Of a stretch of 64,000 nt of DNA, positions 21,505 through 30,917 are shown in pieces. A model generated the notes under the pieces. The model ran no database searches, was not told the origin of the DNA, and saw nothing but the letters and a program-made list of their open reading frames with translations. The stretch is taken from assembly GCA_048571215.1 (NCBI GenBank), contig CP182352.1, positions 1,600,001 to 1,664,000 on the forward strand, written 5' to 3'. The DNA comes from Halarcobacter sp. (GTDB taxonomy: Bacteria > Campylobacterota > Campylobacteria > Campylobacterales > Arcobacteraceae). The translations under genes were made by a program, and so were the position numbers. Position 1 is the first letter of the stretch; each line of letters opens with the position of its first letter.

Positions 21505-22091
21505 TTTTTATCCACACAGTTTTTAAAAGACAAAATAAATATAGCTAACATATCAATTACATCACTATAATCTTGTACATTTCCAGTAGCTTTTGCTGAA
21601 AGAATTGCACCTTCCAATGTTGAAGCAATATAAAGAGATAATTTATTAGTATCACACTCTTTCATCTCTTTTTTTTCTATTGCCATATCTAAAATATTTT
21701 TTATACTTTTCCTAAAAGTATAATATATCTTTTCCATTATAACTTTAAACTCATCATCAATATTAGACATCTCTTGCACAATATTTGCTATTGGACAGCC
21801 TCTTATAAAATCCCTTTGGGAAGTATCTTTTAATTGTTCAATTAATGCTTCTAAGTAATTGCTATCTAAATTTAAGATTCTTTCATATCTCTCTTCAAAT
21901 TTTGCATAAATCTTCTCTTGAATTGCACATAGTGCCATCTCTTTTTTTGTTGAAAAAAAGTGATACATTGATCCTTTATGAACATTTGCATTTTTTAAAA
22001 TAGTATTTAAAGAAGCACCTTGATAGCCATTTTCATATATTTCATTATATGCCGACTCTATTAATCTATTTTTTGTATTAATTTTTTCCAT
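21501..22091 (-). CDS. TetR family regulator (NemR/LmrA-like)
   Basis: N-terminal HTH (KGSMYHFFSTK) and RGCPIAN motif; start could be 22091 or 22106. Confidence 0.88.
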   Translation of the reverse strand: MEKINTKNRLIESAYNEIYENGYQGASLNTILKNANVHKGSMYHFFSTKKEMALCAIQEKIYAKFEERYERILNLDSNYLEALIEQLKDTSQRDFIRGCPIANIVQEMSNIDDEFKVIMEKIYYTFRKSIKNILDMAIEKKEMKECDTNKLSLYIASTLEGAILSAKATGNVQDYSDVIDMLAIFILSFKNCVDKK

Positions 22092-22113
22092 ATATAAGTG
22101 TATCATTTTTTAG

Positions 22114-22163
22114 TTGACAAGCTGGTCTAGTTTTGATATAGTTTTACTAGACCTACTGGTCAA
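22114..22163 (+). promoter_or_regulatory. Sigma70 promoter (TTGACA-17-TATAGT) overlapped by two NemR-like operator boxes
   Basis: TTGACA 22114-22119, TATAGT 22137-22142; boxes TTGACAAGCTGGTCTA (22114-22129) and TAGACCTACTGGTCAA (22148-22163). Confidence 0.7.
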
Positions 22164-22181
22164 CAAACACAAAGGACTAAA

Positions 22182-22940
22182 ATGCCAAATACAACTATTT
22201 ATAAGTTTTTAAATGAAAAAAAATTGATTTTAGATGAAATAGAGATTGCTTATCATCAAGAAGGGGAAGGAGAAGTTATTATTTTACTTCACGGTTGGCC
22301 ACAAACATCATATATGTGGAGAAAGGTAATTCCAATTTTATCAAAAAACTTTAGAGTTATAGCTCTTGATTTACCAGGGTTAGGAAATAGTAGTGATACT
22401 TTAAACTATGATACAAAAAATATTGCAACAATTATTAATGATTTTAGAAGTAAATTAGGTATAAAAAAATTCCATCTAATTGGGCATGACATAGGTGCTT
22501 GGGTTGCCACAAGTTATTCTTTATTTTTTGAAAAGTATTTAAATAGTCTAGTTATTATAGATGCTGGAATTCCAGGCTTAATACCTGATGATTTATTCAA
22601 ATTAGAAAATGCAAATAAAGTTTGGCAATTTTATTTTCATAGTTTAGATTCTATTCCAGAATTTTTAACTAAAGGTAAAGAAAAAGAGTATATTTCATGG
22701 TATTTTGAGAAAAGTGCTCTTCAAAACAAAAAGCAAACTTCTAAAATATCAACAAAAATTTTAGCAATTGGAGGGGAATTTGCTGTTTCTGAGCAAATAA
22801 GTATTGCCATGAAAAAGATTTCAAATAATGTTATAAGTTCAGTTATAAAAGAGTGTGGACATTATGTTCCAGAAGAAAAAGCTGAAGAATTATGTGAAAT
22901 AATAAATTCTTTTATACTATCTGAATTAAAAAAATTATAA
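22182..22940 (+). CDS. Alpha/beta hydrolase (epoxide hydrolase-like), apparently with an internal in-frame deletion
   Basis: LLHGWP, nucleophile GHDIG and His motif CGHYVPEE; cap region looks short. Confidence 0.8.
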   Translation: MPNTTIYKFLNEKKLILDEIEIAYHQEGEGEVIILLHGWPQTSYMWRKVIPILSKNFRVIALDLPGLGNSSDTLNYDTKNIATIINDFRSKLGIKKFHLIGHDIGAWVATSYSLFFEKYLNSLVIIDAGIPGLIPDDLFKLENANKVWQFYFHSLDSIPEFLTKGKEKEYISWYFEKSALQNKKQTSKISTKILAIGGEFAVSEQISIAMKKISNNVISSVIKECGHYVPEEKAEELCEIINSFILSELKKL

Positions 22941-22982
22941 TATCAAATAAAAAAAAATAATAATCAATATAAGGAAATAATC

Positions 22983-23849
22983 TTGAAGAAAAAAAGATTT
23001 TTGGTTGCAGGAGCAACAGGATATTTAGGTCAATATATTGTAAAAGAGTTAAAAAAGCAAGATTACTTTGTAAGAGTATTAATTAGAGAAGAAAAACAAA
23101 AAGAGTTATTTTCAAATGTTGATGAGTTTTTTATAGCAGAAGTTACAAAACCTGAAACATTAAATAATATAGCTAATAATATTGATTATATTTTCTCAAG
23201 TATTGGTATTACTAGACAAAGAGATGGTTTAACTTATATGGATGTGGATTATCAAGGAAATAAAAATTTATTAAATGAAGCTATTAAATCAAATGTAACA
23301 AAATTTGAATATATCTCTGCTATAGATGGAGATAAATTTAAAAATTTAAAAATATTTGAAGCAAAAGAGAAGTTTGTTGAGGAATTAAAAAACTCATCAT
23401 TAAAATATAGTATCATAAGACCAAATGGCTTTTTTTCAGACATGAAAGATTTTTTAAATATGGCAAAAAGTGGAAAAATATATCTATTTTCACATGGGCA
23501 ATATAAACTTAATCCTATACATGGAGAAGATTTAGCAAGATTTTGTGTAAAAAAACTGATTTCAACTGAAAATGAAGAGGAACAAATAGGAGGTCCAGAT
23601 ATACTAACTCAAAATGAAATAGCTAAACTTACACTAAAAGCTTGGAACAAAGAGATTAAAATAGTACATTTGCCTGATTTTATTAGAGTTCTTATTATAA
23701 AACTTCTTAGAATTTTCACTTCATCTAAAGTATATGGACCAATTGAATTTTTTTTAACTCTTTTAGCAAAAGACAATATTGCTTCTACCTATGGAGACAA
23801 AAGATTAGAAGACTTTTTTTTAGAAGAAGTTAGAAAAACCAAAAATTAG
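22983..23849 (+). CDS. NAD(P)H-binding atypical SDR (NmrA-like)
   Basis: VAGATGYLG, IIRPNGFF and NPIHGEDLA. Confidence 0.85.
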   Translation: MKKKRFLVAGATGYLGQYIVKELKKQDYFVRVLIREEKQKELFSNVDEFFIAEVTKPETLNNIANNIDYIFSSIGITRQRDGLTYMDVDYQGNKNLLNEAIKSNVTKFEYISAIDGDKFKNLKIFEAKEKFVEELKNSSLKYSIIRPNGFFSDMKDFLNMAKSGKIYLFSHGQYKLNPIHGEDLARFCVKKLISTENEEEQIGGPDILTQNEIAKLTLKAWNKEIKIVHLPDFIRVLIIKLLRIFTSSKVYGPIEFFLTLLAKDNIASTYGDKRLEDFFLEEVRKTKN

Positions 23850-23851
23850 TA

Positions 23852-24151
23852 TTAAATACTAATTTCTGATTTCAAATTTTCATATTCATCTGATGTCATA
23901 CTTGGAACAAATTCTATTATTTCATAATTTGCAACATTTGCAAGTTTAAAAGGGTCTTTTGCAAGTACTTCTTGTAACTTCTCTTTTGAATCAAGTTTTG
24001 AAAGTATCACTCCACCATCTCTTGGAATTTTTCTTCCTGAAGCTATAAAATTTCCTTCTTTATATTGTTCTTTTAAATATTTTACATGTGCTTCAAGATG
24101 AGTATCTACCTCATCTAGTGATTTTATATAAGTTAAGTTTATTATAAACAT
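23852..24151 (-). CDS. YciI family protein
   Basis: AHVKYL..ASGRKIPRDGGVI..DPF. Confidence 0.85.
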   Translation of the reverse strand: MFIINLTYIKSLDEVDTHLEAHVKYLKEQYKEGNFIASGRKIPRDGGVILSKLDSKEKLQEVLAKDPFKLANVANYEIIEFVPSMTSDEYENLKSEISI

Positions 24152-24241
24152 TTCTAGCCTTTTCGTCTATTTTAAAAATAGATGATACTATAAATTGAAT
24201 TATATAATTTTAATTTAATAAAAAGTATGGAATAATACTTT

Positions 24242-24259
24242 TAACTAAATAGTTAGTTA
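24242..24259. promoter_or_regulatory. Putative TetR operator, copy 1
   Basis: TAACTAAATAGTTAGTTA, one mismatch from the perfect palindrome TAACTAACTAGTTAGTTA. Confidence 0.65.
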
Positions 24260-24268
24260 GGAATATAG

Positions 24269-24874
24269 ATGAAAAAAAGAAATGCAGAACAAACAAAAGA
24301 ACTTATTCTAAACACAGCCATATCTTTGTTTGCAAAAAATGGTTTTGATGGTCTTAGAGTTGATGATTTGGCAATAAAGGCAGGAGTAAATAAGGCTACT
24401 ATTTATTATCACTTCAAAGATAAGAATTTTATTTTTGAAAAAATTTTATTGGATATGTCAAAGTTGATTTTAGAAGAGATTGAAAAAAGAAAAGATACTA
24501 GTGCCCATCCCAAAAAACAGCTTGAATCATTTTTAGATGCAATTATATTTATAATCACAACAAAAAGAGACTTAGCAAAAATCATGATGCAAGAACTAGC
24601 TTTTAATGGAAAGAATCTTTCAGATGAAGCAAAAAAACATTTTTTTAAGATAATTTATATTTTGCAAGTTATTTTAAAAGAAGGAATCAAACAAAAAGTA
24701 TTTAAAGATATTGATCCTTTTTTAATTCATGCAACCACAATTGGTAGTTTAAACTATTATTATACGATGAAAGAAGCAGCAATAAGTGAAGAGAATGAAG
24801 AGTTCAAAGTAGATTTTTGTGAAGATAGTGCAGATAAGATAAAAGAGATGATTTTAAACTATGTATTAATATAG
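24269..24874 (+). CDS. TetR/AcrR family transcriptional regulator
   Basis: LFAKNGFDG..AGVNKATIYYHFKDK. Confidence 0.9.
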   Translation: MKKRNAEQTKELILNTAISLFAKNGFDGLRVDDLAIKAGVNKATIYYHFKDKNFIFEKILLDMSKLILEEIEKRKDTSAHPKKQLESFLDAIIFIITTKRDLAKIMMQELAFNGKNLSDEAKKHFFKIIYILQVILKEGIKQKVFKDIDPFLIHATTIGSLNYYYTMKEAAISEENEEFKVDFCEDSADKIKEMILNYVLI

Positions 24875-24898
24875 TTTAATTTTTTTTAATTTTTAAAT

Positions 24899-24916
24899 TA
24901 ACCAACTAGTTAGTTA
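24899..24916. promoter_or_regulatory. Putative TetR operator, copy 2
   Basis: TAACCAACTAGTTAGTTA, one mismatch from the same palindrome. Confidence 0.65.
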
Positions 24917-24935
24917 TATATTACAAGGAGAAAAA

Positions 24936-25244
24936 ATGTTTGAATCAATTATGGAAGCAAAAATAAAAAAATGGGAAGAAGAGAAAAATAAACCAGGCTA
25001 TGTGCCTCCACCACCTGTAAAAAATACCTTTGGAAAACCTATTGAACAAACTTTGATTGATGAGATTGAGGAGTTAGTTATAAAAGCTTCAAAAAGTACA
25101 AATGAGGAAGAGAAACAAGGTTTACTAAAAAAAGTAAGTAGTTTAGAAACACAACTATTACTCTCATTTGAAAATCAGGGACTTTATTTGGTGGCACAAA
25201 AAACACAAAAAAGATTGCAAAAGTTTAGAATGGATAATTTATAA
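24936..25244 (+). CDS. Small hypothetical protein
   Basis: Good SD AAGGAG; 102 aa, predicted helical, with a PPPP stretch. Confidence 0.7.
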   Translation: MFESIMEAKIKKWEEEKNKPGYVPPPPVKNTFGKPIEQTLIDEIEELVIKASKSTNEEEKQGLLKKVSSLETQLLLSFENQGLYLVAQKTQKRLQKFRMDNL

Positions 25245-25269
25245 TAATCCATTCTAAAACACTATTTTT

Positions 25270-26445
25270 TTAATTATCAGTAGCTACTACATTTTTATTC
25301 ATATAAGAATATACTATTATTCCTAAAGAGAGAACTGCTAGAGCTAATAACTGTAATGTTACAAAATTCCAACCACCTTTTTCCCAACACAACACTCCAA
25401 TAAAAGTTCCAATTGAACCACCCACAAACATCGCAGACATATAGGCTGTATTTATTCTACTATGTGCCTTTTCATCTAAACCATAAATTTGTGATAAATT
25501 ATTGATTTGAATTGCTTGAAATCCAATATCTATAAGTAAAGTTGCCACAATAAAAGCATATAAATTCATATCAAATTCTCTAATTATGATTACACTAACT
25601 ATTATCATTAGTGCTGAAAGTAGTTTGATACCATTTGCATTTATCTTATCTGATAGTCCACCAATATAAGGAGCTAACGAGGCACCTACTACTGCTAATA
25701 TTCCAAACAATCCAATAGCATCACTATCATAATTAAAAGGAGCTTCACTTAATTTGAAAGTTAAAGTTGTCCAAAAAGAACAGAAAATTCCAAATGAAGT
25801 TGCAACCAATAAGGTATTTCTTCTAAGTAGTGAAAATCTTTTTAATTGGTAAATTGATGATTTTAAAAGTGAAAAGTAACTATTTTCAAAATGTGATTCC
25901 ATATTTGGTAAAGTTTTTGAAATAAAAATTATCATTACAAATACCAAAATAGCAGAAAAACCAAATATTACATGCCAATTACCAAACAACTCAGTGATAT
26001 ATCCACTTAAAGTTCTTGCTAATAGTATTCCACTTAACAAACCACTAAAAATAGTTCCTACAACCCTACCCTTATCTTTTCCACTCATAGTTGCTGCCAT
26101 TGGAATAACAACTTGAACAGAAACTGCAAATAAACCAGCCATAAGACTTAAAATATATAAAACAAAAATATTGCTTATAAATGCAAGTCCAAGTAAAGAC
26201 AGACCTAATAATACATGTAAAATAATAATTAGTTTTTTTCTATCCATCTTATCACCAAGTGGACTTACAAAAAATAGTCCCAAACCATATCCTACTTGGG
26301 AAAAAGTAGGTAGATTTCCCACTACTAAATGACTTATATCTAAATCTTTTGCTATATCATTTAAAATCGGTTGGTTATAATATATATTTGCAGCACTAAT
26401 TCCTGCTGTTGCTGACATAACAAAGATTTGTTTTTTACTAATCAT
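25270..26445 (-). CDS. MFS transporter
   Basis: ANIYYNQP and PLGDKMDRK motifs; about 12 TM segments. Confidence 0.9.
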   Translation of the reverse strand: MISKKQIFVMSATAGISAANIYYNQPILNDIAKDLDISHLVVGNLPTFSQVGYGLGLFFVSPLGDKMDRKKLIIILHVLLGLSLLGLAFISNIFVLYILSLMAGLFAVSVQVVIPMAATMSGKDKGRVVGTIFSGLLSGILLARTLSGYITELFGNWHVIFGFSAILVFVMIIFISKTLPNMESHFENSYFSLLKSSIYQLKRFSLLRRNTLLVATSFGIFCSFWTTLTFKLSEAPFNYDSDAIGLFGILAVVGASLAPYIGGLSDKINANGIKLLSALMIIVSVIIIREFDMNLYAFIVATLLIDIGFQAIQINNLSQIYGLDEKAHSRINTAYMSAMFVGGSIGTFIGVLCWEKGGWNFVTLQLLALAVLSLGIIVYSYMNKNVVATDN

Positions 26446-26575
26446 TGTTTTTTACTACCTTATATATATAATTTTTAGAAATTGTATCAAGTAGTAAAAG
26501 ATTTGTCTATACTATATCAAACTAAAAGTTACTCAATTCAAACATTCTTTTTATTTATAAATAAAATTTCTTTTA

Positions 26576-26611
26576 AATCTTCATACAATCTCCATAATTA
26601 TTCTTTATACT
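26576..26611 (+). promoter_or_regulatory. 11-bp direct repeat (OmpR/BaeR-type site) and -10 box
   Basis: AATCTTCATAC AATCTCCATAA followed by TATACT at 26606-26611, upstream of the cytochrome/TCS operon. Confidence 0.5.
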
Positions 26612-26640
26612 TCCACTATATTAAATTTTAAGGAGAAAAA

Positions 26641-27171
26641 ATGAATAAATTTACTAAAGTATTATTAGTAATAACTTGTTGTGGAGTATTGTTAAATGCT
26701 GCTGATGTATATTTAAGTGATAACTCAAAAGTACCAGATCTAAAGATGAAAAATACTGATTTATTGTTTAAAGATATTGAAGGATACCAAAATTATCAAA
26801 TTGTCTCTTCTCATTTCAGAAAAGATAAAAATGAGATAAGATATATATTGGCAAATCCAGTAGCATACAATGCTCTAAGGGCAAAAAAAATAATTATGCC
26901 ACAAGGTAGTAAATTAGTAAAAATAGGATGGAGTGTAAAAGATATGGATAACTTTCCCTCAGCATTAGAAGCGAATCAAATACAAAGAGTTGAATATATG
27001 ATTCGAGACAAGTCAAAACATACTGAATCTGATGGTTGGGGATATGCAAGATTTGTAAAAAAAGATGGTAAATATAAAGCATGGGAAGGAGATTCTAAGA
27101 GTTGTGTGGCTTGTCATTCTATAGTTAAATCAAATGATGCAGTATTTACAAAATTTCAAGGATTGTTTTAA
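26641..27171 (+). CDS. Cytochrome P460 / c'-beta family protein
   Basis: Signal peptide; ILANPVA, GSKLVK, GWGYARF and a C-terminal CVACH heme motif. Confidence 0.8.
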   Translation: MNKFTKVLLVITCCGVLLNAADVYLSDNSKVPDLKMKNTDLLFKDIEGYQNYQIVSSHFRKDKNEIRYILANPVAYNALRAKKIIMPQGSKLVKIGWSVKDMDNFPSALEANQIQRVEYMIRDKSKHTESDGWGYARFVKKDGKYKAWEGDSKSCVACHSIVKSNDAVFTKFQGLF

Positions 27172-27174
27172 TAT

Positions 27175-27852
27175 ATGAAAAAGAAAATACTTATTGTTGA
27201 CGATGAAGAACAAATCATCAATCTAATAAGAAACCGATTAGAAAGTAACCTCTACGATGTAGATGTTGCTTTTAATGGTAAAGATGCTATTTTAAAAATA
27301 CTAAAAAAAAATTATGACTTAGTTACCTTAGATATTATGCTTCCATCTCTTGATGGTTTTGAACTATGTAAAACTATCAGAAAAAAAACAAAACAAACAC
27401 TTATTATAATGATTAGTGCAATAGGAACAGAAGAATCAAAAACAAAAGCTTATGAATATGGCTGTGATGACTATCTTAATAAACCTTTTTCCTCAAAAGA
27501 ATTAGCAATAAAAATAAAATCTATATTAAGAAGAAGAGATGAACTAAATAATATAATTAATTTATCTAAATTCACTTTAAATGATGACACAAAAACTATA
27601 AAGATTAATGGCTATAAACTTTTAATTACTCCCAGTGAGTATCTAATATTATCAACTATTATATTAAATCCAAATAGAGTTTTTAGTAGAGCAGAATTTG
27701 CACAACTAATTTATGACAATTATTTAGGAAAAATAGATGATAGAGGGATAGATAGCCATATATATCATATACGACAAAAAATAAAAGAATATGAAACAAA
27801 AGAACTTATAAAAACTGTTAGAGGAATAGGATACATTATAAATGAAAATTAA
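27175..27852 (+). CDS. OmpR-family response regulator
   Basis: ILIVDDE, LDIMLP, KPF and wHTH IKTVRGIGY. Confidence 0.92.
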   Translation: MKKKILIVDDEEQIINLIRNRLESNLYDVDVAFNGKDAILKILKKNYDLVTLDIMLPSLDGFELCKTIRKKTKQTLIIMISAIGTEESKTKAYEYGCDDYLNKPFSSKELAIKIKSILRRRDELNNIINLSKFTLNDDTKTIKINGYKLLITPSEYLILSTIILNPNRVFSRAEFAQLIYDNYLGKIDDRGIDSHIYHIRQKIKEYETKELIKTVRGIGYIINEN

Positions 27853-28846
27853 ACCATTTCTTATATTACTTTACACTATTGCTGGACTTATTATTTCGAT
27901 TACTACAGCTTTTATGACATTTATGATTATTGGCACAGATATAGGCTCTAAAATGTTTTTACAAATTGTACTTGCAATTATATTTGTTTTACCAATTATA
28001 ATAATTATTAGTTTCTTTCTTGGTAAATATTTATCAATTAAATTTAACTTTATAGAACAAAGACTAGAGAACATTAAGAATGAAAAATTTGAAGATAATA
28101 AAGATAAAAATTTAATAATAGAAATAAAAGAAATTAATGAAAATATGAATTTTTTATCAAATCGTTTAAATATACTTATATGTAATCTCAAACAAAAAAA
28201 TCAAAATTTATCAAACTTACTTATATCTATGGCTCATGATATCAAAACACCAATCACTATATTAAATGGTTACATTGAAGAAATAGAAGATGGCATAATA
28301 AAAAAAGAAAATTTACCAAATGTTTTGATTACCATGAAACAAGAAGTAAACTTTCTTGATGAACTCACTGTTGATATGTTGGAATATATTTCATCCATGC
28401 AAAATTATAAAAAGAAAGAAAAAATAAATTTATATAATTTTATTAATAATGAAATATTTACAATTTTAGAAAAAAAAACAGATGTATTTTTATTCAATAA
28501 TGTAGAAAAGAATTTCAGCGTAACATTCAACAAAATAGACTTAAAAAAAATATTCTTAAATATTTTGATTAATGCATTAAAATTTACAAAAAATGGATAC
28601 ATTAAAGTGGAAGTTTTAAATCAATTAATTATTTTTGAAAATAATGGAGAAAAAATACCAAAGGAATATCAAAAAAAAATCTTTGAACCATTTTTTACAA
28701 TATCAAAAAGTAGAAATAGAAAAACTTCAGGCTTTGGACTGGGTCTTTCTATCGTAGAAAATTTAGCAAAAAACAATGGATATACTTGTTATTTAAAATC
28801 AAGTGACAAAAATAAAACATTGTTTCATTTAGATAAATTAGTTTAA
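27842..28846 (+). CDS. Sensor histidine kinase (HAMP-HisKA-HATPase)
   Basis: AHDIKTP, NILINA, IFEPFF and GFGLGL. Confidence 0.9.
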   Translation: MKIKPFLILLYTIAGLIISITTAFMTFMIIGTDIGSKMFLQIVLAIIFVLPIIIIISFFLGKYLSIKFNFIEQRLENIKNEKFEDNKDKNLIIEIKEINENMNFLSNRLNILICNLKQKNQNLSNLLISMAHDIKTPITILNGYIEEIEDGIIKKENLPNVLITMKQEVNFLDELTVDMLEYISSMQNYKKKEKINLYNFINNEIFTILEKKTDVFLFNNVEKNFSVTFNKIDLKKIFLNILINALKFTKNGYIKVEVLNQLIIFENNGEKIPKEYQKKIFEPFFTISKSRNRKTSGFGLGLSIVENLAKNNGYTCYLKSSDKNKTLFHLDKLV

Positions 28847-29046
28847 ATTAAACATTTTATAAAGTTCTAATACTGTAAAAATATTCTTTCTGCTTTTTTT
28901 GGCGCATATTCATCTAATAAAAAAAGTTTATTGCCATCTATTTTAAATACAGGGTAATTTTTAATTGCACTAAATTGATAGAAAAACTCTTCTATATTTT
29001 TATGGCTTGCATTATACTAAAAACAGATATAGACTTAATAGTTGAC

Positions 29047-29943
29047 TTAAGCTTGTATTAAACTAGGCTTTCTAAAGGAATAACTTCTATTAAATAAAAT
29101 AACAGCAACTAAAGATAATAAACATCCTACTATTGTAGAAAAGGCAATCTTCTCTCCATAAGCAAAATAACTTGAAACTATTGCACCTAGAGGAACAATA
29201 AACATAAATACGGCTGTATTGTGTGCTCCTATTTTACTAGCACTTACAAAAAATACAGTTGTAGCAAATGTTCCAGATAAAAGCCCAATAAAAATAATAT
29301 TCATCCAAAATACCCAATCATAAAAAGTTATTTCAAAAGGATGGGAAGGTAATGCAAATAACATATTTGTAAATGCAGTTACACCAAAAAGTACTAAAGT
29401 ATAAAACATAGGATCAACTCTTTTTGAAACTTTTTGGGTTATGATTGTAACCAACGCCCAAACAAGAGCACAAACTAAGAAATATATACTATGTAGATTT
29501 AAAAAACCTAAACCTTCCATAGGAATTTTTACACCAAATACTCCAATACCTAAAGCTATCATCTGTATTGATGATATTTTTGTCTTAAATATTATTATTG
29601 ACAAAAAATATGTAATCAAAGGAACAAGTGAAGTAAACATTGTCCCTCCATACCCTGCATCTCCATGGGAAAGACCTGCAAAAAATAGATAACTGAACAA
29701 GGCACTCAATAGCCCACCTAAAACTATATAGATATACCCAAGAATATCAGTTTTTAGTGATTTTTTCATATAAAATATAACAGGAATCATCCCTACAAAA
29801 GATATTGCATATCTCCAAAATGATGCAACTTGTGCATTTGAATGTTCAACTGCTGCTTTTCCTGATGTCCATGCAATACCCCAAAGTAACATTGATATTA
29901 TCATACCAACAATATATATTGTTTTATTCTTTTCTTTATTCAA
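29047..29943 (-). CDS. DMT/EamA family transporter
   Basis: Multiple TM segments in an EamA repeat pattern. Confidence 0.85.
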   Translation of the reverse strand: MNKEKNKTIYIVGMIISMLLWGIAWTSGKAAVEHSNAQVASFWRYAISFVGMIPVIFYMKKSLKTDILGYIYIVLGGLLSALFSYLFFAGLSHGDAGYGGTMFTSLVPLITYFLSIIIFKTKISSIQMIALGIGVFGVKIPMEGLGFLNLHSIYFLVCALVWALVTIITQKVSKRVDPMFYTLVLFGVTAFTNMLFALPSHPFEITFYDWVFWMNIIFIGLLSGTFATTVFFVSASKIGAHNTAVFMFIVPLGAIVSSYFAYGEKIAFSTIVGCLLSLVAVILFNRSYSFRKPSLIQA

Positions 29944-29991
29944 AAAAGCTCCTTTTTTAATTTTGAGTATTATAAATAAATTTAAGATTTT

Positions 29992-30061
29992 AGAGTATAA
30001 GAAAAGATGATTATCTTATAAGTTTTGTTCCCTATAGAGTAAAGGGGTAGTTTTATAATAT
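29992..30061. repeat. 70-bp direct repeat, copy 1 (AraC 3' end plus downstream promoter region)
   Basis: 59/70 ungapped identity to 32338-32407 by manual alignment. Confidence 0.85.
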
Positions 30062-30870
30062 TTTTTAAACTGAATAATAAACCAAGAGACACTTGAATAT
30101 CCACATGATGTTGCTATTTGAGATACACTTTTTTGAGTATTTTTAAGTAAGGTAACAGCAAAAGAGAGTCTTCTCTCATCTAACCACTCTTTGGGATTTT
30201 GATTATAGAGTCTATTTACCTCTTTTCTTAAGGCTTTTGAGTTAAGCCTAGTAAGTTTACACATATCATCAATATTATTTATGATATCAAGATTCTCTTC
30301 TAAGATATATTTTATCCGTGAAGATTTAGTTTGTAGTATCTTATTTAAAAAAGCTGTAAATTTTTCTTTATCTTTTGAAAGGGAGTATAAAAAAATTTCA
30401 TCAAGCTTTAACTTTACTAAGTCAAGACTGTTTTTTATATTTGTTAAAAAATATTGATTAATTGTTTGAACACAATTATTTATGAAGTCATCTCTTTTAA
30501 AAGATAAAATTCCATTTTGTGCAAGTGTATCAATAGTAATATTGTATCTTTTTATAAAATTAAAAACATATTCATCATCAAAATATATTAATATAGCTTC
30601 AAAGTTATTTTTATCTCCAAGGACTTCACCCATAAAATAGTTACCTTGGGATAAAAAAAGTATATCACTGGTGTCTATAGATATATCATCATCTTCAAGA
30701 TGTAAGATTTTCCCACCACTTACTAACAAAATAGCTAAATGCATACTATTTCTTAAAGAGATTTTATCTTTTTTATATGTTGATGATTTTGCTACTATAA
30801 CACTATCGTCATTTATAATTTGATATGACTCTTTATTTTCAAAGATGTAATGGGGTAAGGTAATAATCAT
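30016..30870 (-). CDS. AraC family transcriptional regulator (paralog of 19897-20748)
   Basis: SVSQIATSCGYSSVSWFIIQFKKYYKTTP; shares IKYILE and MCK.TRL motifs with the paralog. Confidence 0.9.
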   Translation of the reverse strand: MIITLPHYIFENKESYQIINDDSVIVAKSSTYKKDKISLRNSMHLAILLVSGGKILHLEDDDISIDTSDILFLSQGNYFMGEVLGDKNNFEAILIYFDDEYVFNFIKRYNITIDTLAQNGILSFKRDDFINNCVQTINQYFLTNIKNSLDLVKLKLDEIFLYSLSKDKEKFTAFLNKILQTKSSRIKYILEENLDIINNIDDMCKLTRLNSKALRKEVNRLYNQNPKEWLDERRLSFAVTLLKNTQKSVSQIATSCGYSSVSWFIIQFKKYYKTTPLLYREQNL

Positions 30871-30917
30871 GATTAATTATACTTTTATTTTCATAAAAAT
30901 ATTTACTCCTATTTTGT

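Noticed and set aside
29515..29560. Possible few-residue deletion in an EamA TM helix (GVFGVKIP)
   Set aside because: Cannot be distinguished from natural variation without an alignment.
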